Below are positions 39,912 to 50,322 of a stretch of 64,000 nucleotides of DNA, one piece after another. The translations under genes and the position numbers were made by a program. Origin of the DNA: an uncultured Gemmataceae bacterium. Lineage in GTDB: Bacteria; Planctomycetota; Planctomycetia; Gemmatales; Gemmataceae. The stretch is taken from assembly GCA_963750165.1 (NCBI GenBank), contig CAVVPN010000003.1, positions 2,144,001 through 2,208,000 of the forward strand, read 5' to 3'. The first letter of the stretch is position 1. Every line of letters begins with the position of its first letter. The notes beneath the pieces are model-generated. The model saw nothing but the letters and a program-made list of their open reading frames with translations, was not told the origin of the DNA and did no database searches.

Positions 39912-41089
39912 TCAGCCGCCGAGCACCGCCGCCACCTGCCGCGCGATCAGCAAGTCCTCCTGCGTCTCCAGCACCAGAATGTGGCCCGCCGAATCCGCCG
40001 CCGCCACGTCCACGTCCGGCTTCGCCGCCCGGTTGCGGCCCGCGTCGAGCCGCAGCCCCAGACACTCCAGCCCCGCACACGCCGCCGCCCGCAGACTCGC
40101 CGAGTGTTCGCCGACGCCGGCGGTGAACACCAGCACGTCCACGCCGCCGAGCGTCACCGCCAGCGCCCCGACGGTGGCCCGCACCCGGTCCGCGTAGATC
40201 GCCAGCGCCAGCCGCGCCCGCTCGTGGCCCGCGTCCGCCGCCTGCTCCACGGCGCGGTAATCGCTGGACACGCCCGAGACGCCGAGCAGGCCCGACTCGA
40301 AGTTCAGCGCCGGTCCACCTGGTCGGCACTCAGGCCGTGGCGGCGCTGCACGTACGTCAGGACGCCCGGATCGACGGAGCCGGAGCGGCTGCCCATCATC
40401 AGCCCCTCCAGCGGCGTGAAGCCCATCGACGTTGCGACGCAGGTGCCGCCGCGCACGGCACTCGCCGAGCAGCCGTTGCCGAGGTGGCAGATAACGACGC
40501 GCTCCGAGTCGGGACACAGTTCGGCGGCGCGGCCGGCGCAGTAAGTGTGGCTGATGCCGTGGAAGCCGTAGCGGCGCACGCCCCAGTCGGTGAACCACGC
40601 ATACGGCACCGGGTAGACGTAGGCGTGCGGCGGCAGGTCGGCATAGAAGGCGGTGTCGAAGACGGCGACCTGCGGCACGTCCGGCAGCGCCTGTTGCGCC
40701 GCGGCGATGCCCTCCAGCGCCGGTGGGTTGTGCAGCGGCGCCAGCTCGATGGCCGCGGTGATTTGCTGCGTGACCTGCTCGTCGATGCGGACGCTGCGGC
40801 GCAGGTGGGGGCCGCCGTGGACGACGCGATGGCCGACGGCGGTGATGTGCCGCTGCTCGTCGGACAGGCCAGCGCCCGCCAGCAGCTGCGCGGCGTGGCG
40901 CACGGCGCTGACGTAATCGGGAATTTCGGCTTGCGATTTTTGCGGCGCAGCGGTGCCGGCCTTCAGGGTCAGGGTGGCCCGGTGGCCGTCGCCGGTCCAC
41001 TGAATGATGCCGTCGGCCAGTTCGGCGTCGCCGGCGAACAGGCTGAACTTGAGACTGCTGCTGCCGGCGTTGAGGACGAGGATAGACAT
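39912..41089 (-). CDS. ackA: Acetate kinase; frameshift near 40310
   Basis: ILVLNAGSSSLK, GHRVVHGG, APLHNP, RYGFHG and HLGNG; then LNFESGLLGVSG, FTAGVGE and TQEDLLIA in the adjacent frame. Confidence 0.95.
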
Positions 41090-41101
41090 GGTGATTTCCC
41101 G

Positions 41102-43300
41102 TTAATTCCCAGGCGGGGCGAACAGATCCCAGATGAGCACAGTGGTGTCCTCGCTGCCGGAGGCGAGCAGCCGGCTGTCCGGCGCGAACGCCAGCGCCGT
41201 CACCGGCCCACGGTGGCCGCGGAGGGTGCGCCGCAGCTTCGCGGTCGCCAGTTCCCACACCTGCACCACCGGCTCGTCCGACAGGCCGCCGACCGCCAGC
41301 GTGCGGCTGTCCGGCGAAATCGCCAGGCACGGGCTGCGCTCGATGTACATGGGCGTGCGGCGGCAGACCAGGCGGCAGTGCTCCTTGCCGGTGGCCGTGT
41401 CCCAGACGTGGATTTCATGACGGCCCTCCTCCTCGTGGCGCTGCCACCGCCAGGAGGCCAGGTAGCGGCCGTCCGCGGAATAGGCCAGCGTCGGCCGCGG
41501 GTGGTTCCCGGCGAACTCCTCCGCCTCACCGAAGCGCCAGCGCTCCCGGCCGGTGACGGCGTCCGTGACACGGAGGGTGCCATCCTTGTGGAACCAGGAG
41601 ATCGCCCGATCCGTCGGGGAGAACGCGAAGCACAGGTCGGTGGCGTCGTCGGGCAGCGAGCAGCGGCGCTTGCCGGTGGTCAGGTCCAGCAGCCACAGCT
41701 TGCCCGGCTCCTGCGCCGCAGCGTTCATCACTGCCAGGCGGTTATTCGGCGAGATGCTGCCCCAGACAGGCTCTTTGGCCTTGGGTTTCAGTTCGAGTTT
41801 GCACAGGGCTTTGGCGGCATCGCCGGCGTGAACCGTCCATTCGCCCGTGTCGTCCGCCAGGCACAGGCGCAGACGGTAATCGGGGGAACGCAGGGTGAAG
41901 CGCGACGATTCCAGCGCTTTCCAGTCCCGCCGCTCGCGCAGCCGCCACGTCCGCGTATCCCAGCGCAGGTACTCCTCGCAGAAAATCGACGAATACCTCT
42001 CGGCCGACACCAGTTCCTTACCGTCCGCGAAGAAGTGCAGTGCGGTCACGTGGCCGCCGTGGCTGTCGGCCTGCGGAATCATGGCGCCCGTGGCCGTGTC
42101 CCACAGCCACAACCGATTGCGCGCCGCCGCCAGCACCCGCTTGCCGTCGGGCGACACGGCCATGCGCACGGCGAAAAAGGACGGCGTCAACGGCGGCCGC
42201 AGCATCTTCAGGCACCGGCCGGCGTCCACGTCCCACAACTGCACGCCGATGTTGGGGATGCCCACGGCCAGCGTCTTGCCGTCCCCCGCGAACGCCACCC
42301 CGCACTCCGGCAGATCATCCTCCTCACCCTTCAGCTTTGGCATACGCCAGAGCAATTTGCCGGTCGCGGTTTCGTGGACCGCCGGTTCCGTGCCGGGCAG
42401 GTCGAGTGCCAGGCGCTTGCCGTCCGGCGAGAAGGCAGTCGGGCTGGCGTGCTCCCGCGGCCCCTTCGCCCGCCAGAGTTCCTTGCCGGCCTTGAGGTCC
42501 AGCACGACCAACTCCCAGCGGTCCTGCAAGGGAGAGCCTTTCCCGGTCGCCCACTGGCCGTTGGCCGCCAGCACGGTGCCGTCCGGCGACAGCGCCGCGC
42601 CGCAGAACTGAATGAGCTGCCTCCGGCCCGTCTTCTTGGGCCAGAGCCGGGCCGCGTCCCAGTTGCGCAGTTGCTTGCCGGTGGCCACGTCCCACCAGCA
42701 CACCTTGCCGCCCGGGCCGCTCACGGACACGAGGGTCTTGCCGCCGTCCACGAAGCGCGCCGCCAGCGCGCCGATCTCGTGCGGGCCGAAGCGGCGCAGC
42801 AGTTTTGCTGTCCGCACGTCCACGAGCAGGAGGTCGTCTGCACCGGCGCACTCCGCGCCGACGGCCAGCAACGTCCCGTCCGGCGAGAAGGCCAGCGCGC
42901 TGACGCCGCGCAGCCCGGGTAGGCGGAAGGGCGGCGCCTCCTTGCCGGTGGCCGCGTCCCAGAAATGCACCGCCCGTTCGGGGGGGTCATAGTTGGCGAC
43001 CTCGCCGAATGCGGAGGCGATGACGCGGCCGTCCGGCGAAAACACGGCCCGAACCGGGGCGCCGCGGTAGGCAGCGTGGACCAACCGCGTCGTGCCCAGC
43101 CGGGCGACGGCCCCGGCCGGCAGCGGGTCGCCCAGGGCGTCCGTGTGCGGTTTGACTTGTTTGGCAGGATTTTTCGGCCCCTGGGAGACCGCGGACTGTG
43201 GCTCAACTACCAGGACGGGGACAATCAGGACCAGCAGACCGGCGAGGCGCAACACCATGACCCATCTCCCTGGGTTCGTGAAGGGACGTTTGCTATCCAT
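41102..43300 (-). CDS. Secreted WD40-repeat protein
   Basis: [17 protein letters not shown]-motif; repeated AFSPDG..WD; terminal [31 protein letters not shown]. Confidence 0.9.
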   Translation of the reverse strand: MDSKRPFTNPGRWVMVLRLAGLLVLIVPVLVVEPQSAVSQGPKNPAKQVKPHTDALGDPLPAGAVARLGTTRLVHAAYRGAPVRAVFSPDGRVIASAFGEVANYDPPERAVHFWDAATGKEAPPFRLPGLRGVSALAFSPDGTLLAVGAECAGADDLLLVDVRTAKLLRRFGPHEIGALAARFVDGGKTLVSVSGPGGKVCWWDVATGKQLRNWDAARLWPKKTGRRQLIQFCGAALSPDGTVLAANGQWATGKGSPLQDRWELVVLDLKAGKELWRAKGPREHASPTAFSPDGKRLALDLPGTEPAVHETATGKLLWRMPKLKGEEDDLPECGVAFAGDGKTLAVGIPNIGVQLWDVDAGRCLKMLRPPLTPSFFAVRMAVSPDGKRVLAAARNRLWLWDTATGAMIPQADSHGGHVTALHFFADGKELVSAERYSSIFCEEYLRWDTRTWRLRERRDWKALESSRFTLRSPDYRLRLCLADDTGEWTVHAGDAAKALCKLELKPKAKEPVWGSISPNNRLAVMNAAAQEPGKLWLLDLTTGKRRCSLPDDATDLCFAFSPTDRAISWFHKDGTLRVTDAVTGRERWRFGEAEEFAGNHPRPTLAYSADGRYLASWRWQRHEEEGRHEIHVWDTATGKEHCRLVCRRTPMYIERSPCLAISPDSRTLAVGGLSDEPVVQVWELATAKLRRTLRGHRGPVTALAFAPDSRLLASGSEDTTVLIWDLFAPPGN

Positions 43301-43358
43301 CCCCCCGAGAGTAACGGGGGTTGTTGCTCCCGTCCAGAGAAACGCTCGCCAATGCAAC

Positions 43359-43410
43359 CGGCGCCCGTTTACGTTTCGCGGTGGCGGTCCGCGAAACGTA
43401 AACAGGCGCC
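43359..43410. repeat. REP-like hairpin
   Basis: GGCGCCCGTTTACGTTTCGCGG ... CCGCGAAACGTAAACAGGCGCC; a partial related copy lies at about 27335-27370. Confidence 0.75.
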
Positions 43411-43427
43411 GGTCGGGCTCGCCTCAC

Positions 43428-43994
43428 TTACTCCTTGAGCAACTCCTCAATCTTCTTGCGCATGTGGGTCTCGCCCGACGCCCCCTTGAAGCCCAGTTCA
43501 CCCACCCAGCCCCAGCGACCGCGGCCCTCCTTGTCGATCAGGTACACCGTGGGCCAGTAGCGCGTTTCGTAACGGCGCCACATCGTAATCTTGTTGTCCA
43601 CGGCGACTGGGAACGTCAGTTTGGCCTCCGCCAGCTTTTTCTTGAGGGTGGCGACGTTCTTTTCGCCCTCGGTCTCCGGCGTGTGGATGCCGATCACCAC
43701 GACGCCCTGGTCCTTGAACTCCTTCCAGATGCCCCTGTACCAGGGGTAATTGCGCACGCAGTTGATTCAGCCAAACGCCATGAAGTGGACGACCACCACC
43801 TTGCCCTTCAGGTCCGCGAGCTTCAGTGGTGGGCTGTTGACCCAGGCGGTGATGTCCTCGAACTCCGGAGCCTTCGGCTTGTTCGGGATGACGAGCGGCG
43901 TCCACGTCTTCGGATCCTTCGGGTCCGCCTGCTGTCCGGCGACCGTGACCGGGAAGGCCAGCGCCAGCAGACTCCAACCGAGCAGATGTCGCAT
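43428..43994 (-). CDS. Secreted thioredoxin-fold redoxin (DipZ/TlpA-like); probable selenoprotein with UxxC
   Basis: ORFs 43767-43994 and 43428-43757 are in the same frame: LKGKVVVVHFMAFG-TGA-INCVRNYP..VIGIHTPE..VAVDN..YWPTVYLIDKEG. Confidence 0.88.
43732..43746 (-). promoter_or_regulatory. Putative bacterial SECIS hairpin
   Basis: mRNA CCCCUG-GUA-CAGGGG; the apical loop starts with GU and lies 26 nt after the UGA. Confidence 0.7.
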
Positions 43995-44090
43995 TTGATT
44001 TCCTTCCGCACTTACACGCTTCCCCGCGAGTATGTCGCATCATTCTATCGGCGCCTTACAACAGCAAGAAGGTGCAGTGGGAAGAACGCT

Positions 44091-44624
44091 TCAGTGCCGC
44101 TCCGCCTGCTGTTCGCGCAGCAGCGTCTCCACGGCGTGCTCCAGTTCCGGCCCGCGCACGTCGCGGTAGCGGACCACACCGCGGCCGTCGAGGACGTAGA
44201 CCGTCGGCCACGATTGCACCTGATACCGCTGGGCAATCGGTCCGTCGGCGCCGCCGTCGCACCACTGCCGCCAGGTGACGCCGTGCGTCGCCAGGAAGTG
44301 CCGCAGTCGGTCGCGGTCGTCGTCGGCGTTGACGCTGAGCAGCGCGAACGGCTGGTCGCGCAGCCGCTCCGCCAGGGCGCGCTCGTGCGGCAGCATGGCC
44401 CGGCACGGCGCACACCAGGTCGCCCAGAACACCAGGGCCACCACCTTACCGCGGTAGTCGCTCAACCGGAAGCGCACGCTGTCCGCGTCCTCGCCCTCGA
44501 TGTCCGGCGCCACCTGACCGACGGCGACGCCGGCAACCGTGGCGGTCTGCGCGGACTTCGGCGGCTGCCGGCAGCTGGCCAGCAGCACGATCAGGACCGG
44601 CACGAGCGGCGACCACGAGCGCAT
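44091..44624 (-). CDS. TlpA-like disulfide reductase lipoprotein
   Basis: Lipobox LLASC; GKVVALVFWATWCAPC; WPTVYVLD. Confidence 0.92.
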   Translation of the reverse strand: MRSWSPLVPVLIVLLASCRQPPKSAQTATVAGVAVGQVAPDIEGEDADSVRFRLSDYRGKVVALVFWATWCAPCRAMLPHERALAERLRDQPFALLSVNADDDRDRLRHFLATHGVTWRQWCDGGADGPIAQRYQVQSWPTVYVLDGRGVVRYRDVRGPELEHAVETLLREQQAERH

Positions 44625-44774
44625 GCGGCACCTCCCCCGGCGGGGCGCAACGGTTCATGACGTTGGGGGCGGGAATATAGCGAGCCGGGTTGGTGTTGTC
44701 ACGCGATGTTTTTCAGGGACACAAATCGTCGCCAGGACAGGCCAGCCGTTGCCAGAGCGGGCCAGACGGGCACA

Positions 44775-44827
44775 TCTCGACGTATGAAAAAGCTGGCCCC
44801 CTTGGCCCCCTTGGCCCCCTTGCTGTG
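44775..44827 (+). repeat. Dispersed non-palindromic repeat, copy 1 of 3
   Basis: TCTCGACGTATGAAAAAGCTGGCCCCCTTGGCCCCCTTGGCCCCCTTGCTGTG; other copies start at 56768 and 56875. Confidence 0.8.
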
Positions 44828-44937
44828 ACCGGCGCGGCCAACCGGCGCCGCGCGGCGACACCCGAGGCCGGGCTTGCGATTTTGCCGGCAGTCCCTTTAA
44901 GATGGGCGAATCGCCATCATCCACGGAGGGGTTCCCC

Positions 44938-47586
44938 ATGTCCGCGACCCGTCTGCTCGCCGGCGCCGCCCTGCTGCTGCTCGGCAGCGCCGCCCCGACC
45001 GCCCCCCAGCAATCCGACACCTGGTTTCCGTTCGTCATCCCCTGGGACGACGCCACGCCGGGCGCCACCAACGTCGCGGCGCTGAACGCCGAGGCCGCCG
45101 GCGCCGCCGGCTTCATCAAGACCGAGAACGGCCACTTCTACACGCCCAAGGGCCAGCGTGCTCGCTTCCTCGGCGTCAACTTCTGCTTCAGCGCCAACTT
45201 CCCGGAAAAGGCCGACGCCGTGAAAGTCGCGGCCCGGCTGCAGAAGTACGGCGTCAACCTGGTGCGGCTGCACCTGATGGACTACTACCACGCCCCCAAG
45301 GGCATTTTCGACCCGCGCTTCAAGGACAAGCAGCACCTCGACGCCGGCCAACTCGACAAACTCGATCACCTCGTCTGGCAGCTGAAGCGCCGCGGCATCT
45401 ACGTGAACATCAACCTGCACGTCGCCCGCGCCGTCGGCGCCGCCGACGGCTTCCCCGACACCGACAAGCTGCCCGGCCTCGGCGCCGTCGTCAACTACTT
45501 CGAGCCGCGCATGATCCAGATTCAGAAGAACTACGCCCGCGACCTGCTGACGCACTACAACCCCTACACGAAAACGAAGTACGTCGAGGAGCCGGCGGTC
45601 CTCATCGTCGAGCTGACGAACGAGAACACGCTGGTCGGCGCCGCCTGGACCGGTCAGCTCGACCGGCTGCCGGCCCACTACCGCGACGCGCTGCAGGGCC
45701 AGTGGAACGCCTGGCTGAAGCAGCGCTACGGCAGCACCGACGAGCTGGCGAAGGGCTGGAAGGCGGTCGCCGCGGGCAAGAACGTCAACGTTCTGAGCAA
45801 CGCCAACTTCGCCCAGGCCGCCGCGTCCTGGAAACTGGAGGTGCAAAAGATCGCGGCCGCCCAGACGGAGGTGACCGACCAGCCGCCGCCCGGCGGACTG
45901 TCCGGCAAGGTGTTGCGCGTGAAAATCGGCAAGGGCGGCGACCAGTCCTGGCACATCCAGCTGCACCAGGGCGGCCTCACCCTGACGGAAGGGCAGCCGT
46001 ACACGCTGAGCTTCTGGGCGCGGTCCAGCGACAAGCGCGGCCTTGGCATCAACGCGACCCTCGACCAGCCGGACTGGCACAACCTCGGCCTGTCGCAGCG
46101 TGTCGAGCTGGACAGGGACTGGCGTTCCTACCGCTTCAACTTCACGGCGAGCAAGACGGTGAAGAGCCACGGCCGCGTCGCGTTCCTGCTGGGCGGCAAC
46201 GGCGCCGCGGTCGAACTGGCCGGCGTCACGCTGCTGGCTGGCGGCGACAACCCGCTGGCCGCCGGGGCCAGGCTGGAGAAGGGCACTATCCCCATCGGCA
46301 AGGCCCAGGACACGCCCGCCGGCCGCGACTGGCTGGCGTTCCTGATGAACACCGAGGCCCGTTTCCTCATCACGCTGCGCGACTACGTCAAGCAGGACCT
46401 GGGCAGCAAGGCGAACGTGGTGTGTTCGCAGGCGAGTTACGGCGGCCTGGCGGGGGCGTACCGCGAACGGCGGTCGGACTTCATCGACATGCACTCGTAC
46501 TGGCAGCACCCGCGCTTCCCGGGCCGGGCGTGGGACAGCGGCAACTGGCTGGTCGCGAACACGCCGATGGTCAAGGATAAAGGGGCGGGCACCTGGGCGA
46601 AGCTGGCGCGCTACCGCCTGGCGGGGATGCCGTTCACCGTCAGCGAGTACAACCACGCGGCGCCGGCCGACACCCAGGCCGAGTGCGTGCCGTTGCTGGC
46701 CGCCATCGCCGCCGTGCAGGACTGGGATGCGATCTATCTCTTCGACTACAACAACGACCGCGATAGCTGGGATTCCAACAAAATCCGCGGCTTTTTCACC
46801 ATCGACAGCAACCCGGCCAAGATGGCGTTCCTGCCGGCCGCGGCGCTGATGTTCGTGCGCGGCGACGTGCCGGCGGCGAAGGAGCAGGCCCAGTTGCGCA
46901 TCCCGGCGGACAGCGTCGTCAACCTGGTGGCCGGCCGCAAGGACGTGCAGGAGCTGTGGGAGGCGGCCGGCAGTCCGGCGTTCGACTGCATGAACCGCCG
47001 CCTGTCGCTCACGTTCACATCCGGTGCTGGCCCGGTGACCCTGGAGCCGAAGGGCAAGGCATACGCGGCGGTCGGCACCGGCCCGGTGCGCTGGCGCGGC
47101 GCGGGCACCGAGCAGGCGCTGGTCACGGTGGATTCGCCGCGCTCCAAGGCGGTGGTCGGGTTCCTCGGCGGCCAGAAAGCGGAGCTGAAGGGTTGGCAGG
47201 TGGAGGCGCCGCGCGGCGGCTTCGGCTTCGCGGCACTGACGCTGTCGGCGCTGGACGGCAAGGCGACGGCGCAGTCCGGGGCGCTGCTGCTGACGGCGGT
47301 GGCCCGCGTCGAAAACGCCGGCATGGGCTGGAACAGGGACCGCACCAGTGTCGGCAAGAACTGGGGCAGCGGCCCGACGCGGGCCGAGGGCGTGACCGCG
47401 ACTGTTCGCATCAGCACGGTGGCCGCGTCGGCGCAGGTGTTCGCGCTGGACGGCAGCGGTCAGCGCAAGGACAAGGTGCCCGCGACCGTGACCGATGGCC
47501 GGCTGACGTTCACCATCAACCCAAGCTACCGGACCGTGTGGTACGAAGCGGTGCCGCAGCTGGTGCGACCGGCGGGCGGCCCGTGA
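44938..47586 (+). CDS. Secreted clan-A-like glycoside hydrolase with inserted CBM4/9-like module
   Basis: Signal peptide; RFLGVN, NLVRLH, GIYVNINLH, ELTNEN (acid/base) and VSEYN (nucleophile); internal SWHIQLHQ..YTLSFWARS module. Confidence 0.75.
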   Translation: MSATRLLAGAALLLLGSAAPTAPQQSDTWFPFVIPWDDATPGATNVAALNAEAAGAAGFIKTENGHFYTPKGQRARFLGVNFCFSANFPEKADAVKVAARLQKYGVNLVRLHLMDYYHAPKGIFDPRFKDKQHLDAGQLDKLDHLVWQLKRRGIYVNINLHVARAVGAADGFPDTDKLPGLGAVVNYFEPRMIQIQKNYARDLLTHYNPYTKTKYVEEPAVLIVELTNENTLVGAAWTGQLDRLPAHYRDALQGQWNAWLKQRYGSTDELAKGWKAVAAGKNVNVLSNANFAQAAASWKLEVQKIAAAQTEVTDQPPPGGLSGKVLRVKIGKGGDQSWHIQLHQGGLTLTEGQPYTLSFWARSSDKRGLGINATLDQPDWHNLGLSQRVELDRDWRSYRFNFTASKTVKSHGRVAFLLGGNGAAVELAGVTLLAGGDNPLAAGARLEKGTIPIGKAQDTPAGRDWLAFLMNTEARFLITLRDYVKQDLGSKANVVCSQASYGGLAGAYRERRSDFIDMHSYWQHPRFPGRAWDSGNWLVANTPMVKDKGAGTWAKLARYRLAGMPFTVSEYNHAAPADTQAECVPLLAAIAAVQDWDAIYLFDYNNDRDSWDSNKIRGFFTIDSNPAKMAFLPAAALMFVRGDVPAAKEQAQLRIPADSVVNLVAGRKDVQELWEAAGSPAFDCMNRRLSLTFTSGAGPVTLEPKGKAYAAVGTGPVRWRGAGTEQALVTVDSPRSKAVVGFLGGQKAELKGWQVEAPRGGFGFAALTLSALDGKATAQSGALLLTAVARVENAGMGWNRDRTSVGKNWGSGPTRAEGVTATVRISTVAASAQVFALDGSGQRKDKVPATVTDGRLTFTINPSYRTVWYEAVPQLVRPAGGP

Positions 47587-47606
47587 GCGGTGAGCCGCCT
47601 CTTGTC

Positions 47607-47648
47607 GTGGGGCAGACATTGATGGCAGACAGGAATGTCTGCCCCACG
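47607..47648. repeat. Degenerate GTGG-type REP
   Basis: GTGGGGCAGACATT ... AATGTCTGCCCCAC. Confidence 0.75.
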
Positions 47649-47742
47649 AAATAAGCCGCCAGCGGCCCGGCGGACTACATTACGCATCATAATCAATCAT
47701 CGGCTAACACTTTACCCGCACCCTTCTGGAAAGATACGCACC

Positions 47743-50169
47743 ATGAATCTCTCCCGATTCACCCGCCTCTGGAACGCCCGGCCTACCCGGAAGGCGCGGC
47801 CCGCCCGCGTCCGCCCAGAACTTGAGGCCCTGGAAACCCGCATCACGCCGCAGGCAACGCGCACCTGGGTGTCCGGCGTCGGCGACGACGCCAACCCCTG
47901 CTCGCGCACCGCCCCCGGCAAGACCTTCGCCGGTGCCATCTCCAAGACCGAGGTCGGCGGCGAAATCGACGCCCTCGACCCGGGCGGTTTCGGCGCCCTC
48001 ACCATCACCCACGCCATCACGATCGACGGCGCCGGGCAACTGGCCGGCGTGCTGGTCAGCGGCACCAACGGCTTCACCATCGCCGCCGCGGCGACCGACG
48101 TGGTGATCCTGCGCGGCCTGAACTTCGACGGCGCCAGTCAAACGGGCCTCGACGGCATCCACATCACCGGCGCCAAAACGGTCATCATCGAAAACTGCAC
48201 CATCGAAAACTTCCACGGCGTCGGCATCGACTTCCTGCCCTCGACGCCCAACAGCCAGTTGATCGTGAGCAACACCACCATCCGGGGCTGCGTGGGCGGC
48301 GGCATCCAGGTGATCCCGCAGGGCGGCATGACCGCAACGGCCTCGCTCACGAACGTGCGCTCCGAGGCGAACCAGTTCGGCCTCCTGGCGGGCAACAACG
48401 CCACCGTCACCGTCTCGAACAGCGTGGCCGCGGGCAACCTGAACTACGGCTTCCTGGCGGCCCCGACCGCGACCGCGCCGGTGCAGCTGACGCTCCAGAA
48501 CGACCTGGCCGCCGACAACGGCATGAACGGCATCGCGTCCGTCGGGCTGAATACGGTGGTCAACCTGGCGAACGTCAGCGCCTACGGCAACGGGGGCACG
48601 GGGGCCGCCTCGGTCTCCGGCGGCTCGCTCGTTTCGCAGGGCGGCAACCACATCACTGACAACAACAAGAACTTCACACCGGCCGCCATCACCCTGTCCG
48701 GCGGCGGCGGCGCGACGCGCACCTGGGTGTCCGGCGTCGGCGACGACGCCAACCCCGCCTCGCGCACCGCGCCCGCCAAGACCTTCGCGGGGGCGATCTC
48801 CAAGACGACAGCCGGGGGCGAGATCAACGTCACCGACCCGGGCGGCTTCGGTGCCCTCACCATCACCAAGGCCATCACGATCGACGGCACCGGCACCTTC
48901 GCGGCCGTCCTGGTCGCCGGCACCCCCGGCATCGTCGTCAGCGCCGGGGCCAACGACATCGTGATCCTGCGCAACCTCACCATCAACGGCATCGGCTCGG
49001 GGACCGCCGGCATCCAGGTGAACGGGGCCGCGGCGGTCCTGATCGAGAACTGCGTGATCGAGAACTTCACCGGCGCCGGCATCGATTTCAAACCGACCAA
49101 CACCGACGCCCGCCTGATCGTCACCAACACCCGGATCGAGAACTGTGGCGGCGCGGGCATCGACGCCCACCCGACCGCCACCGGCAGCGGTCTCGTGCTG
49201 ATCGACGGTGTGCAGTCCATCGCCAATCAGGTGGGGTTCAAGGCGGAGGACCGCGCGGATGTCACGGTGCTGAACAGCGACGCCAGCAGCAATTCCAGCC
49301 ATGGGCTGCAGGTGGTGGCCGCCACCGCGGCCGCCACGCTCAACGTCGAGGGCGGCGTGACCATGACCAACGGCGGCAACGGGCTGCAGGCTCAGGGCAC
49401 TGGCAGCGTCGGCGCCACCGCCAACATCGCCAACCTGGGCGCCAGCGGCAACGCCCTGCCGGCGTTCGGCGCCGCCAATCCTGCCAACTCGTTCCTCTCC
49501 TTCATCGGCCCCAACCAGCAGTTTGTTGAGGCCCTGTACCTGGACTTCCTCAAGCGCTCCGGCGACGCCACCAACGCCAGCGACGCGGGCGTCTGGGCCA
49601 ACGCCCTCACGAACGGCACCATGACCCAGGCTCAGGTGACCACGTCCATCGCCCGCTCGGCGGAGGCGCTGGGCGTGCTGGTCGATGGCCTGTACCTGGA
49701 GTTCCTGAACCGGGCCTCGGACCCGATGGGCCGCGCCGGCTTCGTCAGTCAGCTGCAGAACGGCGGCACCGTGGAGCAGGCCATCGCCAGCATGGTCGGC
49801 ACGACGGAGTACATGAACCTGTTCAGTTCCAGCACCAGCTTCGTGCAGTCGCTGTACACGAAGTTGCTGGGCCGCGCGCCGTCCGCCGGCGAGTTGAGTT
49901 CGTCGCTGAATTCGCTGATGAGTCTGGGGCGGAGCGGGCTGGCCAGCGCCTTCCTGGCGTCCGGCGAGTTCCGCGGCGATGTGGTGCAGGAGTTGTACGG
50001 CTCCACACTGGCGCCGGTGGGGTCGGTGGTCCGGCTGCTGCCGTCGCTGCTGCACCGCACCATGCCGCCCGCGGCGGCAGAGGTGAATGGCTGGGTCAAT
50101 TCCGGCCTGGACGTGCTCAGCATCGAGGTGGCGCTGGCGGGAACGGCGGAATTCTTCAACGACGCCTGA
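47743..50169 (+). CDS. Extracellular protein: LEPR-XLL-like leader, two tandem parallel beta-helix domains, DUF4214-like C-terminus
   Basis: RPELEALETRITP; ATRTWVSGVGDDANP.SRTAP.KTFAGAISKT occurs twice; repeats FVEALYLDFLKR and FVQSLYTKLLGR. Confidence 0.85.
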   Translation: MNLSRFTRLWNARPTRKARPARVRPELEALETRITPQATRTWVSGVGDDANPCSRTAPGKTFAGAISKTEVGGEIDALDPGGFGALTITHAITIDGAGQLAGVLVSGTNGFTIAAAATDVVILRGLNFDGASQTGLDGIHITGAKTVIIENCTIENFHGVGIDFLPSTPNSQLIVSNTTIRGCVGGGIQVIPQGGMTATASLTNVRSEANQFGLLAGNNATVTVSNSVAAGNLNYGFLAAPTATAPVQLTLQNDLAADNGMNGIASVGLNTVVNLANVSAYGNGGTGAASVSGGSLVSQGGNHITDNNKNFTPAAITLSGGGGATRTWVSGVGDDANPASRTAPAKTFAGAISKTTAGGEINVTDPGGFGALTITKAITIDGTGTFAAVLVAGTPGIVVSAGANDIVILRNLTINGIGSGTAGIQVNGAAAVLIENCVIENFTGAGIDFKPTNTDARLIVTNTRIENCGGAGIDAHPTATGSGLVLIDGVQSIANQVGFKAEDRADVTVLNSDASSNSSHGLQVVAATAAATLNVEGGVTMTNGGNGLQAQGTGSVGATANIANLGASGNALPAFGAANPANSFLSFIGPNQQFVEALYLDFLKRSGDATNASDAGVWANALTNGTMTQAQVTTSIARSAEALGVLVDGLYLEFLNRASDPMGRAGFVSQLQNGGTVEQAIASMVGTTEYMNLFSSSTSFVQSLYTKLLGRAPSAGELSSSLNSLMSLGRSGLASAFLASGEFRGDVVQELYGSTLAPVGSVVRLLPSLLHRTMPPAAAEVNGWVNSGLDVLSIEVALAGTAEFFNDA

Positions 50170-50177
50170 CAAGAGAT

Positions 50178-50322
50178 TGATCCACAGATGACACAGATTT
50201 CACAGATGAAGACAGGAAGAATGAGTGAGTTGGGATGAAGTCTCGGGACTCCGCCCTGGCTCACTCACTCTTTTTGTCTTTTTCTGTCTTCATCTGTGAA
50301 ATCTGTGTCATCTGTGGATCAA
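50178..50322. repeat. Palindromic repeat of CACAGAT units with nested inverted repeat
   Basis: TTGATCCACAGATGACACAGATTTCACAGATGAAGACAG and its exact reverse complement; internal GAGTGAGT..ACTCACTC. Confidence 0.9.
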
